A stretch of DNA of 64,000 nt from Octopus vulgaris. Lineage: Eukaryota. The DNA lies in contig OX597815.1 of the NCBI GenBank assembly GCA_951406725.2, forward strand, positions 105,400,001 to 105,464,000, given 5' to 3'. This document shows, in pieces, positions 1 to 14,533 of this stretch; positions within the stretch are counted from its first letter, which is position 1; every line of letters begins with the position of its first letter. The translations under genes and the position numbers were made by a program. Below the pieces are notes generated by a model. That model ran no database searches, was not told the DNA's origin, and saw only the letters and a list, made by a program, of their open reading frames with translations.

Positions 1-471
1 TGAACTATTGAGAAATTCGCAGTTACTCTATCCAGATTAAAGGTTCAGGTTTATATTTGTAATTATTGGGGTACTTACTAAATACCAATCTTGAGAAATT
101 AGGCTTCTTAAATCTAGAAAGCAGAAAACTGATTCAAAGACTACATATCCAAGCCTTCAGTATCTATGAGGATGTCTAGATATACAACTGTATGCATGAA
201 AATGCATACATCAAACAAAACATACGGGTCTGCACATATACATGCATATATACATACATACATACATACATACATACATACATACATACATACATACGTA
301 CATACATACAGACATGCATGCATGCATACATACAATCATACATACATACATACATGCATGCATACATACCCTGCTGATGTTCTTAAAATTCCAATGAAGG
401 AGCCTTGAATCTAGGTTAGAAACAGTATCTTTTTCTATTGGCAAGAAATCTCAAAATAAACCTGAATAATG
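1..471 (+). mobile_element. 3' end of an R4/Dong-like RLE non-LTR retrotransposon relic associated with (TACA)n
   Basis: Frame 2 reads ELLRNSQLLYPD*RFRFIFVIIG, matching the C-terminus of the copy at 61484-62015 (NYGQLI*NLQVLYSDYKFTFIP). Interrupted by (TACA)n at ~230-368 and ends in (TACA)n. Confidence 0.6.
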
Positions 472-541
472 ACATACATACATACATACATACATACATA
501 CATACAAACAAACGTACATACATACATACATACATACATAC
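472..541. repeat. (TACA)n microsatellite
   Basis: Direct reading. Confidence 0.95.
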
Positions 542-544
542 GTA

Positions 545-2028
545 AACTGTGTATCACGCTTTATTGCCGGTCAAATTTGTTTTTGATATTTTTAATAATA
601 AACATTGTACAAACGTGAAACTTGGTCCACTGAAAGATCCTAAGTAGGTGCGTACTCAGTGAACATTTCAGTCGTATTGATAAGCTACATACAAAGTTAT
701 GTTGAGTTATGTATTTTGAGGTGCTTTCAACTGTGTCACTCTTTATTGCAAGTGTACTAAAATGTCAATTTAAGGTAATGACAAAATATCGTTATATTAT
801 CATTTTATTGTAATAACGAAACACGCTACTGGAGAATAGCAGCAAAAGATATGAAACAAACATAATTAAATTGTTTGTGCTGTACTTTACTTGTTTATGT
901 AACTTCCTTGTTTAGAAATGACATCAAACAGTCTTTTGTCCACAGAAGCTGTAAGCCGACTAATCTGAGAAAATATCATATCAGCAATTGTTTTGATCTT
1001 TTCTCACAGTGTATCCTTCGATGAAAACTGGATACCCCCTTCATACACTTACCTCTTCAAGGTCGACCAGAGCTGTTCGATAGGGTTTAGGTCAGGAGAA
1101 GAGGGAAGCCAAGTCACGGGTGATTGGCCTATGATTCCCAAAGTTGTGAGGTACGAAATTGTAGCCTTGGCTGAAAGTGAAGGAGCATTGTCATGAATAA
1201 AAATCAATGAAAATTCTCCTCCAGAAACGCGGTGAAGGAGTTGCTGGTGAGTTTGACACCTTCTGGCACTCGGAAAGGCCAGACTAGTTCATTTCTTATG
1301 ATACCCGCCCAAAACATGACACCACTACCTCCTTGTTGACGCCGAATGTGATGCGTGCGAAAAACTCCAAGACGTACCCAAACTTTGGCCCATCCATCGG
1401 GGCCGTCCAGAGTACCTCTGGCCTCATCCGCGGAGAAGACATCTTTTGAAATTGATCTTCATATACTTCCGTGCCCAGTCAATACGCTTCTCTTTGTGGT
1501 TCTTGCTTAGGATGGGTCTAGTGATGCACTTAACACTTCTGGCCGTCTCTTTAAGGATCCTACACCGGGTGCTTCTGGACAAAGGAGCAACACTTTCAAA
1601 TATGTTTACCTATTTTTCGGATGTCACGCTGTGATACACTTCTCGTACCTTTATGTTGTCTTGGTTTGGTGATGGGGTTTTTCACATGCGCCTTCAATGT
1701 TCTTGTATCCCGACCAAGCTCTTGGGCTAATTCTCCCACACATAAGCTTTCTGTGAGACCTGCAACAATCTGCGTCTTCTCTGTAGCTGTCAGGCGTCGT
1801 TCCAGGGGCATATTCGTACACCTGCAATAAAGCCTGACACAGTTGAAAGCACTTCAAAAATACATAACTCAACATAACTCGGTATGTAGCTCATCAATAC
1901 GATTGAAATGTTCGCTGCCTACGTACCTACCTAGGATCTTTCAGTGGACCGAGTTTCACATTTGTACACTGTGTAATATTCAAAATATCAACAAAAATCT
2001 GACCTGCAATACAGCGTGATACACAATT
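545..2028 (-). mobile_element. Tc1-like DD37E (TRT-type) DNA transposon, decayed, ~195-bp TIRs
   Basis: TIRs 545-~738 and ~1835-2028 (AACTGTGTATCACGCT...AGCGTGATACACAATT). TA at 543-544 and 2029-2030. Confidence 0.9.
887..1811 (-). pseudogene. DD37E transposase pseudogene
   Basis: N-terminal HTH (MPLERRLTATEK...ELGRDTRT), VFSADEARGTLDGPDGW, and HDNAPS...SPDLNPIE with 37 residues between D and E. Contains stops and frameshifts. Confidence 0.88.
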
Positions 2029-2348
2029 TAGACCTGTATCAATACAAAAGTTTACCAATGAAAGTTACGTTATTTCAGAAGACTTGATAATTCACTCGAT
2101 TGTGTTATATAACCAATATCTATTCATTGATAATGATACGTGCCTAAGATGATGCAGCTAAATATGTAAACAACTCTCCTGGTTTGTTTTGCTTTACATA
2201 TGTACTCTTGGTCATTCGTAGCTGTTTGTTACAGCAAAATGAGACCAAATGAGGCATCCTCACAGATTCACCTTCAATATACAGGTATATAGAGGCAGTT
2301 CTAAATACTGAAAATTTAACGTGAGGTTTAAATTTTAATAACACGGCA

Positions 2349-2380
<32 letters not shown>

Positions 2381-3623
2381 AATTTGTAGTGCAATATATG
2401 GATTCATAGAATCGTGTGGTTATCATAGAGAGCACCTCCACCGGACCCGGCTAGCTGACAACATAGTAAGCCAATACGAAAAAGTATAATGCAGTGTTCT
2501 TTGGATGTGAAATCCAGGCCATCTGTTTGATGAGATTATTTCATTATTAACCATAATAAGACAGGAGATATGTGAGGTTAATATTTTTAATTAACCACTT
2601 AGGATTACGGCCATTTCATCATGTAATAATAATTTCACTGTATAATAAATTGTTTAGATGTCTGTACTAATATGCATGCTGTACATTGTACAATACAAAT
2701 GATTATTTACAATGCAGTACAGATAAAGATAGCTAGCAGATTACCAGAACATCATGGTTACACCAATGTTTCAACTCTAAGCATGCATACAAAATTATTT
2801 CTTTATATATATATATATATATACATGAACACAATCTATGGAGGATTGATACTAGATAAAATTAGATTGGTATGGTCATTGTTATATTTTGTTTATATCA
2901 ATTAAGGTACTGGATCTAAGTTGAGAGAATTTATCATCGTTAATGTTAAGAAAACACGGGAAAGGACAGGAGGGAAAGTAAAGCTGTTAAAGTAAATAAA
3001 ATGTATATAAAGTTCATATGAACGATTTCAATAGGGAACAGACAGCTGGAGATTATAAAGATTAAACCGATAGATCGTATTGAACAACAGTTATTTTCAA
3101 ATAGAGTTAAAAGTCCAAAAGACCTCAACATACTTTTTATCCCGATGAACTGTAGTGAAACCAAAACGATGCTCACTTCTTTATATAAGCACATACATGT
3201 AAGCATAAACACGCTAAAAAATTACGCAACTAGACTCACACAGCTGCATACAAACCACACAGAGACAAATATTATTACACACACAGGTATATATGTATAT
3301 ATATATATATATATATACATATATGTATTGTATAAACATGTATATATGTTTGTGTGTACTAATGTTTGTGTCCATGTGGTTTGTATGTGAATTGTCCATC
3401 CGAAAGCTTCTTCAGACAGAAGCGAAATACACATTACAGAAATCCAGTAACCATTTTCAAATTATTGATGTGTTCTTTATATTACACTATAGCCTTCCTC
3501 AGACCGCACAGGCCTTCAAGTGATCACGCAATAGTGGGCGTTTAATGTGGTTAAACGTTAGGACCGAGACTTGAGCTAGAACGTTGTCACGCAATGAGCC
3601 CATTCATTCTTATCTATAAACTC

Positions 3624-3714
<91 letters not shown>

Positions 3715-3929
3715 CGTCATGTATGTCGCTAGTGCTTTTTCTTTTTCTACTACAGATTGCTGAAAAACGTAACCCCCATCACAGTGGGTAGCTCACATAA
3801 CTCAAATGAATGTAAAATAATTCTAGCTAAATTTCTTGTGCTGTGCACTAAGGTTTTTTTCACAACTTTCACTCCGTCGTCCACATGTCTCAATTCGGAA
3901 GAGTAATGGGCTGGCACGAAAAGTAATAT

Positions 3930-4082
3930 AGTTCTATATGTAAAAGATGAGGAATTATGTATATTATTTATATTATTTACATTTGACTGATATTTGTCCT
4001 CATCTTGCTCGTTAACAAAACATTTCGGGTGATATACCCTCTAGCATTCATAAGGTTTTTTCTGCCCAAATTTTATTCCAAA

Positions 4083-4154
<72 letters not shown>

Positions 4155-4282
4155 GTTGTTGTTGTTGTTGTTCTTCTTCTTCTTCTTATTATTATTATTA
4201 TTATTATTCAGGTCACTACCTGGAATAGAACTCGGAACCTTGGGGTTAGTAAACATCGCTCTTGACCACTACGCCATATGTC
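3930..4282 (-). mobile_element. Composite SINE: tRNA-like head (4282-4208), (TAA)n, 3' tail with partial hammerhead motif
   Basis: A box TGGCGTAGTGG and B-box-like GAGTTCTATTCC. Tail GAGGGTATATCACCCGAAATG...GATGAGGACAAATATCAGTCAAATGTAAAT matches the tail at 38667-38810. Confidence 0.7.
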
Positions 4283-4286
4283 TATA

Positions 4287-4357
4287 GGCATATGGCGTAA
4301 GTGGTTAAGAGCGCGGGCTACTAACCCCAAGATTTAGAGTTCGATTGCAGGCAGTGA

Positions 4358-4425
<68 letters not shown>
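4287..4425 (+). mobile_element. tRNA-derived SINE head plus (TAA)n, head-to-head with the previous copy
   Basis: GGCATATGGCGTAAGTGGTTAAGAGCGCGGGCTACTAACCCC...GAGTTCGATT; inverted repeat of 4208-4282. Confidence 0.8.
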
Positions 4426-4426
<1 letters not shown>

Positions 4427-4906
4427 GCTTTGTCTTGGTATTAAAGATGGGCTACAGCTAATATTCTGCTCAATACCATAGATTTGCTTGTCAGTTGTTT
4501 GACCATAACAAGTTGACCATGTCCCTAAGTGGCTGACGATATATACATCTCTGATCACAAGCAGAAGTAGTGGGGCAGCATCGTAGCCGTGTGTTGAGAG
4601 GAATTTAGGGAGGTTTGGATAATTCACCTTTGGAAACATGGGTGTTTCGTTCAACATCCTTAAACAACCCTTATTCAGAGACCTTTTGAGCGGGATGGGC
4701 TACTCGACCAGAAGAAAATTCTAACTTGGCTCCACCTGCAGGGTCATGCGCTGTTTATCTTGATATGAGATCACCATGTCGTGCACATATGGTTGTGATG
4801 CATGTGCCTAGTATACCCTTATCAGACGGGTAGTCATCATGTGTATACTCGGCTTCGTACATTTTACCCTAGTGTCAATATGATTGCATGCGCTGCTCTC
4901 TCACTC
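4427..4906 (+). mobile_element. ~550-bp non-coding (TAA)n-flanked retro-element, 5'-truncated copy
   Basis: Homologous to 20735-21240, 21990-22547 and 38937-39490; ends CTCTCTCACTC-(AAT)n. Confidence 0.8.
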
Positions 4907-5137
<231 letters not shown>

Positions 5138-5140
<3 letters not shown>

Positions 5141-6855
5141 AAAATTTGAGCAGAAGAAAAAAACACACAATGAAAATGCCCCTTGCATTGATAGAAATTC
5201 TACAGATTTAGACTCTTTAGATGAGCAAATGCGGGAGGGTGTCATGGTAGAATATATGATCTGCTCTCAGGAGATCAAGCAAATGGAAGTATGATCCCCT
5301 CTTGGCTAGTTAATAGTTTAACATTCCTACTTCCACAAAATGAAGAAACAAATGAACCAAAAGATTATCGACCCATAACCTGCTTAACAACAATGTATAA
5401 AACTCTAATATACCTATAGTTTTTTAATAGAAAGTAGCATATTTCCTAATGAGCAAAAACGATGTAAAGATCAGCTACTCATCAATAAGATGATCTTAGA
5501 AGATTGTCACAAACAACTCAAAAGCTTGTCAATAGCCTGGATAGACTATAAAAATGCTTTTGATAGCCTACCACATAGCTGGATTAAGAAATGTTTGGAA
5601 ATGTATAAAATAGCACCTACTCTGCGAAACGTTTTTCCTGTAAGTATGAGGTCATGGAGAACCACATTGACTGAACAGGGACAATGAATCTCTAAATGCT
5701 GGAGATGTAAGAATTTCATGTTGTATTTTCCAGGGTTACTCACTATCACCACTCCTCTTTTGTCTAGCCTTAATACCTCTCTCAAAATTGCTCAATGATG
5801 CACAGTACGGTTATAAAATGTTTGATAAAAATATAAATCATCTTATTTACATGGATGATTTAAAGCTATTTGCAAAAAATGACCAACAACTCAAGGGATT
5901 ACTAACGATTGTTAAACAATTCAGTGATGACATCAGGATGCAATTTGGTCTCGATAAATGTGCAAAAGCTACCTTTATCAAAGGAAAATTGACAGAAACA
6001 TCTAACGTTAACCTTGATCACCAGAATGTCATACAAGAGTTAGAACCAGCGAAGAGTTACAGATACCTAGGGGTAATTAAGGAGACAGAATCAAACACGC
6101 AGTGATGAGGGAAATGATCAGACGAGAATGTTATCTCAGGCTGAGAGTAATACTTATTTCTTTATTACCCACAAGGGGCTAAACATAGAGGAGACAAACA
6201 TGGACAGACATAGGTATTAAGTCGATTATATCGACCCCAGTGCTTAACTGGTACTTAATTTATCGACCCCGAAAGGATGAAAGGCAAAGTCGACCTCGGC
6301 GGAATTTGAACTCACAACGTAACGGCAGCCGAAATACCGCTAAGCATTTTGCCCGACGTGCTAACGATTCTGCTAGCTCGCCGCCTTGTAGACAGAGCTG
6401 TAGACAGAGCTGTAGACAGAGCTGAATGCGAGAAACAGGATCGAAGCAATCAATGCTTTAGCCATACAAGTCGTGACTTACAGTTTCAATATCATTAACT
6501 GGTCAATTACTGAAATATGTTATCCTGACAGAAAAATACGAAAACTGTTGACAATGCATGGAATGCACCACCCTAAGGCAGATGTAGAGCGACTTTTACA
6601 ACTGGCATTAACGATGAAGATTGTTACAGTTGCCCTAGACACCTACCTGAAAAACTCTGAGGACTGTCTCAAAACGTGAAAACCAGAAAGCATCATAGTC
6701 AGTAACAAAACAGGCAAAGGAATATCTAAGTAAATTCCGAATACAACAAATTCCAGAATTAGATATACGAGAAACAAGCGCAGAAAAAGCTAAGCGCATG
6801 AAAACCAGTGCTAAAACTACTGCCTTAGATATTCTGACTGATAAGTGACAAGAAA
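5138..6855 (+). pseudogene. R4/Dong-clade non-LTR reverse transcriptase relic
   Basis: DYRPITCLTTMYK, IAWIDYKNAFDSLPHSW, SPLLFCLALIPLS, HLIYMDDLKLFAK, FGLDKCAK, HGMHHPKADVERL. Frameshifted and interrupted by a SINE. Confidence 0.9.
6154..6385 (-). mobile_element. tRNA-derived SINE with GCCGAGGTCGACTTTGCCTTTCATCC central domain (Meta/MESC-like)
   Basis: Reverse complement reads GGCGAGCTAGCAGAATCG...GAGTTCAAATTCCGCCGAGGTCGACTTTGCCTTTCATCCTTTCGGGGTCGATAAATTAAGTACCAG. Domain name is from recall. Confidence 0.85.
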
Positions 6856-6956
6856 GCTAGCAGCTCGCCAGATCACCAAAATATCATGGTTACACTAATG
6901 TTTCAACTCTTAGCATACATACAAAATTATCTCTTTACACACACACACACACATAT

Positions 6957-6993
<37 letters not shown>

Positions 6994-7727
6994 TGTATGT
7001 ATGTATGTATGTATGTATGTATGTATGTGTACAATCTATGGAAGTTTACTTTGTATTTCATTCCTCTGAGGATGCACATTGTTGTGCTATTCCATCGTCT
7101 GCACTCCTGCCCGGCAATATCTGATCTTGTGTCAAGGTTTGACACCAATAGTGAATATTGCGGAGAAATGTCTAGTGAGATGTAAGACTGATTATATCTA
7201 CATTAGCGCTTTGTTGGTATTTATTTTATTGACCTTTGGGTGATGAAGAATAAGGTCGATCCCAACGATTTCGCTCGTCACATACCACTGAAAATCGATA
7301 GAAATAATTAGTCTTGGTAAATATAAATGCGACCACATACACACGCGCACACACATGCACTGAGTATGTGCGCATGTCTGTGCATGTGTGTGCGCGTGAG
7401 CGTGTGTACTTGTGTGTGCAGTTGTTTGTGTGGGGTTCAATGAGTATGTACACCTGTCGACAGTAGTTAAACAGGTTTTGAAGCTGGTTTCTAATAGACG
7501 AGTTTAACATCACTTCCTCCCCCACAAGTCTGAAGGTGAACGAATTCTGTACATACACAAACATATAGTTACATAATACTTACATACACGTACACACACA
7601 TATACACACACTAATATTGTCGATGTTCTGGTATTATTTATGTTGGTAGTAATCGCATTGCTCTGCGGTTGATGGAATTGTTGTTATTCGTAAAGGTAGT
7701 GATGTTTCTGTTTATATCACTGCTGGT

Positions 7728-8020
7728 AGTTTCAAATTCCGCCGAGGTCGACTTTACTTTTTATCCTTTCGGAGTCGATAGAATAAGTACCAGTTGAAAA
7801 TGGGGTCGATGTAATCGACTTAGCCCGAAATTTCAGGCCTTGGACTTAAATTTCAGGCCTTGGACTTAAATATTATTGCTGGTGGTAAGGCAGTGACCTG
7901 GCAGAATCGTTTGTACACTAGACAAAATGTTTTGCGACGTTCCGTCTGTCATTACGTTCTGAGTACAATTTTCGCCTAGATCAACTTATCCTTTCATTGC
8001 TTTTGTGGTCGATTAAATAC
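7728..8020 (+). mobile_element. Two fragments of the same SINE family
   Basis: AGTTTCAAATTCCGCCGAGGTCGAC at ~7728 and a degraded head at ~7886. A 20-bp tandem duplication lies at ~7828-7870. Confidence 0.75.
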
Positions 8021-8346
8021 TCAGTAGAATTAATACTGAAGAGCAACATAAGAAGCGACTGTCCGAAAATATCATGAGATATCTACCAGTGAGACACGAT
8101 ATAGTGGCTAAAACACGATACACTGCAAATCATTAGAAAGATACTCCTCAAGATCAAAATATAACAGCTGCAGTAATATAGATGGCAAACTCACGCATCA
8201 TGTGGGAGAATACTGGAGGAATGCTCTTGTGAAGACACCCTATCCCGTCAAATGTAGATAACGCATGCCTGACATAATGACCTTGGACAAAGAAAACAAT
8301 ATGCACAATAATATGAATTAGTTTTCTAGCAGGTGCTAATATAATC

Positions 8347-8507
8347 GCAGGTGTGGCTGTGTGGTAAGAAGCTTGCTTCACACAACCAAGTGGTTCCGGG
8401 TTCAGTGCCGCTGCATGACACTTTGGGCAGGTGCCTTCTACTATAGCCTCGAGCCGACCAAAGCCTTGAGAGTGGACTTGGTAGACGGAAACAGAAAGAA
8501 GCCCGTC

Positions 8508-8589
<82 letters not shown>

Positions 8590-8620
8590 GTATGTGTTTG
8601 TGTGTTTACATCCCCGCAAC
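8347..8620 (+). mobile_element. tRNA-derived CORE-like SINE with internal (TA)n(TG)n
   Basis: GTGGCTGTGTGGTAAG...GGTTCAGT...CTTTGGGCAGGTGCCTTCTACTATAGCCTC; same family as 54468-54876 and 56955-57325. Confidence 0.85.
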
Positions 8621-8625
8621 TGTTT

Positions 8626-8692
<67 letters not shown>

Positions 8693-9299
8693 ATTTGCGG
8701 CCAAAATGTTCAGAACGGCATTGTTTTCGTCAGAAAAGTAGGTATAAGTTTTTATCAAAGTTGTTTTATATTCTATAATTTTCACAGACAATAAATACGA
8801 TATTAATTGTTATTGTCTGAGATTTTTGTGTAATTTGAGAGGATAATACAAAAATGGATGATTTAGTGATTTACTGCAAAACCCATGGCGGCCAAAATAA
8901 TCAGAACGGTTGAAAAAATAACAATAAGGTAAACAGAAACTCTGCAGAACCTCTAATTCAAGGAATAAGTAATTCAACGGAGGGAACAACTGAGTACCAT
9001 CTACTAAACCGATAGAAATCCATTAAAATTTTGTGTATGCATGTATATGGACTGAATATTCATATTTTATTTCAAAACTTTCTACCCAATAGAAAAACTG
9101 CCTGTCTCTAACCAAACAGCTTCTAATCAGCCACGCCCTTTCTGGCTGTTAACTTTAGCTTCACATAGTCGTTAATGATGCAGTTAGTTACATAATTCAG
9201 CGCGCAAATAATGATAGGTATAATTTGAAAGCAAATCCCGTTCAAGTATCTGCAGATTTCTTCTTAGTTCGATGTACACTTAAAAACAAAATTAACATT

Positions 9300-9437
9300 A
9301 TTCTTTTACTTGTTTCAGTCATTTCACTGTGGCCATGCTGGAGCACCGCTTTTTAGTCGAAAAAATCAACCCCGGGAATTATTTTTTGTAAGCCTGGTGC
9401 TTAGTCTATAGGTCTTTTTGCCGAACCGCTAAGTTAT
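9300..9437 (-). mobile_element. 3' part of the CORE-like SINE
   Basis: CTTGTTTCAGTCATT...GGCCATGCTGGAGCACCGC...GCCGAACCGCTAAGTT matches the tail of 56955-57325. Confidence 0.8.
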
Positions 9438-9509
9438 ATATATATATTTGCCGAACCGCTAAGTTATATATATATATATATATATATATATAACATTCTG
9501 ACTACCTTG

Positions 9510-11317
<1,808 letters not shown>

Positions 11318-11422
11318 TTATTCTCGATATACAATATCTGTACATTACTTCAAAAACTCTGTACATATACACACATACACTCACACACACACGCGCGCGC
11401 ATATATATATATATATATATAT

Positions 11423-12390
11423 ACTAGCATTATGACCCGGCGTTGCCGGGTCATAGTGCTAGTTTGGTATAAATTTGTTAAATTAAAAATTTGGGGTAAT
11501 AAAACATACAATGACATATTAAAAAGACCAATTAAAATTCCAGAGAAAATTACATAGAAGATAAATATACAGATTTACAAAAATGCATAAAAGTTCAGAG
11601 ATGCATCAATTAATATGAAATATATTATATATTTAAAATTGACACTTCCCTCGTCAGGATGTTTTTTACACACAACACATAGTACACGGAAACAAATGCA
11701 CAATTACATACCCGCTACATGCGAAAGACCAGACATTACGTACTCCCAAAAATTCTCCTAGATACTGAATGCTACTTTATAAGCATATAATTCAATCTAG
11801 CAGCTATAGTAAATGGTATGAGCACATCTCCATCTGGACTAATTCACTTCTGCACTCAATTAAATTTTTCATCTTTTAATTTCTCCCATTCATGCAAAGC
11901 CACATATTCGAGTTCAAGTCCTTGAAACATTTATTACTAATTGCTATTTTTTCTTTTAATTGTTATATAACGATTTAATTACCATTTTAATAAAATAAAA
12001 TATGTTTAATTACTACTTACTATATTTACTATATTTAATTCAATTGTTATTATTACCTCTAACTTTTATTGCAATTTTTATTTCTAAATTTCTTATGGAA
12101 TGTCGAGTGGATCTTATGCGTACAATATATTTTTATATGATGTTTATATATTTATATATTACTATATATTTCTAAACGTCGGGCTTTATGTCTGTTCTGT
12201 AGATATAAATGAATATATGTATGTGTTTGATCTCTCTGTGGATTGTGTAGTGCTTTTGCAGTTGCTGCTCGCATTGCCTCCCCTCGGATTAAAAAGTGTA
12301 TACAGCTCATTTGAGCACTACTGTTCCAGTCTGTTATATATTTTGAGCGTTGTTGTCACAAACGATCTCAAGATATAACTTTATATTTTG

Positions 12391-12427
<37 letters not shown>

Positions 12428-12816
12428 CATATACATACAATAGAGAGATGATTTTGTTTCACTTTTAACACGTAATACTGAAATAGTGGAGAAGATATGA
12501 TACTGCTGTGGGCTCGCTCTAGGCGAGAAGTTAAACATTTTTTTGCACATGATTCCACATGAACCCTAAGTAAGGCATGTGTAAAATTTGAATGAAACTG
12601 GTTCTGTAGTTCTCAAGTTTTAGGGAATCAGAGTGGAGAAGATATGATATTACTGTGGGCTCGCCCTAGGCAAAAAGTTTTTTTAAATGTTTGCCGATGA
12701 CACTCCCCAGACCCTAAGTAAGGCATGTGTGAAATTTGAATGAAATTGGTTGCGTAGTTATCAAGTTTTAGGGAAACACACAGACAAACAGACAGACAAA
12801 CAGTCACACATTCTCA

Positions 12817-12830
<14 letters not shown>
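11423..12830 (-). mobile_element. Non-autonomous Helitron (Lep1-like layout)
   Basis: 3' hairpin plus CTAGT at 11423-11463. The other end has AAATTTGAATGAAATTGGTT...ACAGACAAACAGACAGAC...TTTTATATATA. Internal ~150-bp tandem duplication at ~12485-12775. Confidence 0.7.
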
Positions 12831-12886
<56 letters not shown>

Positions 12887-13519
12887 CATAATTACAGAGA
12901 TGCATGTAATTCTCGTATGCGAATGTGTGTACGTGCGTGTCTTTAAACTCCAGATATAAAGCCAACGTTTAATGTCTAGTTAGCGTTGTATCAACAAGAA
13001 GTCAAAGTAGAAGACAATGATTAATGACTTTTACCAACCAAAGTAGACGGGGAATCATTCTACATGCTGGACATCACGAACTGTGAACGATTTACACAAA
13101 ATGTCAAAACTCGTAGACATGATGGAGTTTATGTCTGCGTAAAATCAGAACTTAAGGCGCCATGCTAATTCCATTTTATACCTTAATTACATTAGTCAAT
13201 CTCTACAACCGCCTCCAAACGAAATTCCTAGATTATCATCTTAAGGATTCATAGCATAGCAACCTGTCAGATTTAACAGCATTACTTGGTTCTTAAATGT
13301 CTTTAATGGGATTCATTTTCTTGATAACATTTTGACCAGACCCAGGATTTATCAACGCCGATGTTTTCCTTGAACATCCTGTAACTGTTCAGTTGGGTGT
13401 CAGCCATATCAGTGTCGTCAATCTGGAAAAAGCAGTAACATAATGGGTGCCACCTGCAATTTGATTAACATATTTAATAAAATAAATTACGGGATTGATA
13501 ACTCAGGAACTTGATGTTA

Positions 13520-14533
13520 ATAGATTTCAGATTCCAGGTAACGTCTCCCACAAAAAAAATCACAGGATACGAAATCAGGTGAGAGTGTAAGCCACCCAAT
13601 GACATTGTGTGAAGAGATCAAGTGTACTGGAAACAGAAGTTTCGAAACTTCCATTGATCAGGCTCTATGAGCGGTGGCTCTATTCTGTTGAAACTGCACA
13701 CATGAATTTCCAAGGTCTGTAATCTTAGTCTCCAGAAAGTACCGTAGCATTTCACATATGCTATTGTAAGCGCTTAACCTTCCTCAAGAAAAATGCAAAA
13801 GCTCCGAACATCAAATTTGCAACAGTACACTTTCAGTAACTCGCTCGCTGTATAGAGTTCTTTCATGATTTTCCTTAGGGTTTTTTTCTTTTCAACCAGT
13901 AGTGAAATTTCTGCTTATTGACGCAACCAGACAGATGAAAGTGGACTTTATTGATTATGAGGAGAACAGTATCTGCAGGAACGTTGTGAAGAAACTCTTC
14001 ACAACATGCCATGCGGTTTTCCCAGTCACGCTCATGAAGTTTCTGAACAATCATTATTGCATGGATGGAGTATGATATTGGTTTGTAAAATTCTCGACAG
14101 TTCGATATCAGACAAACACAAAACAGAAGCATATTTACGAGTTTAACCTTCCGGAAACTGCAAAGCAAGCTGTTTCGCAGTTTGACCATTTTCTGGAATT
14201 CGACCGGTCCGAGATCTCCCAAATTCTTTTCTGTGATTAACTTATCAGTTTGAAATTTTCAGTCAATGATCACATGAATTTTCAATCTGAAACAGTATTA
14301 TTCAACTTAGCCTAAAATGAATACGAAAAGCTTTCTGCATCGAAGCACAGGTTCACCATTTTTGATAAACTTTTCAGCAGAAGCATCACAGTATGCACCT
14401 GTCCAAACCATAATGGTAACTGGAAAAAAAAAACATGAAATATTAGCTACATATATGAAACCGTTGCCATGTGCTTAACCTCATTAGTGCTACACAAATG
14501 GCCGTATCAAATATGGGACTCTATCGCACCCTG
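13520..14533 (-). mobile_element. Tc1/mariner DD41D (rosa/VS-like) transposase relic
   Basis: HFHLSGCVNKQKFHYW and FQQNRATAH...LISSH..GW...SPDFVSCDFF (40 residues counted between the D2 position and D3). Right end CACCCTG at 14527-14533. Confidence 0.75.

Noticed and set aside
4287-4362. tRNA gene with apparent ACT anticodon
   Set aside because: The acceptor stem does not pair, it runs into (TAA)n, and three diverged copies are present; it is a SINE head.
6386-6424. TGTAGACAGAGC x3 as a regulatory or CRISPR-like repeat
   Set aside because: No spacers; a local slippage at a SINE-LINE junction.
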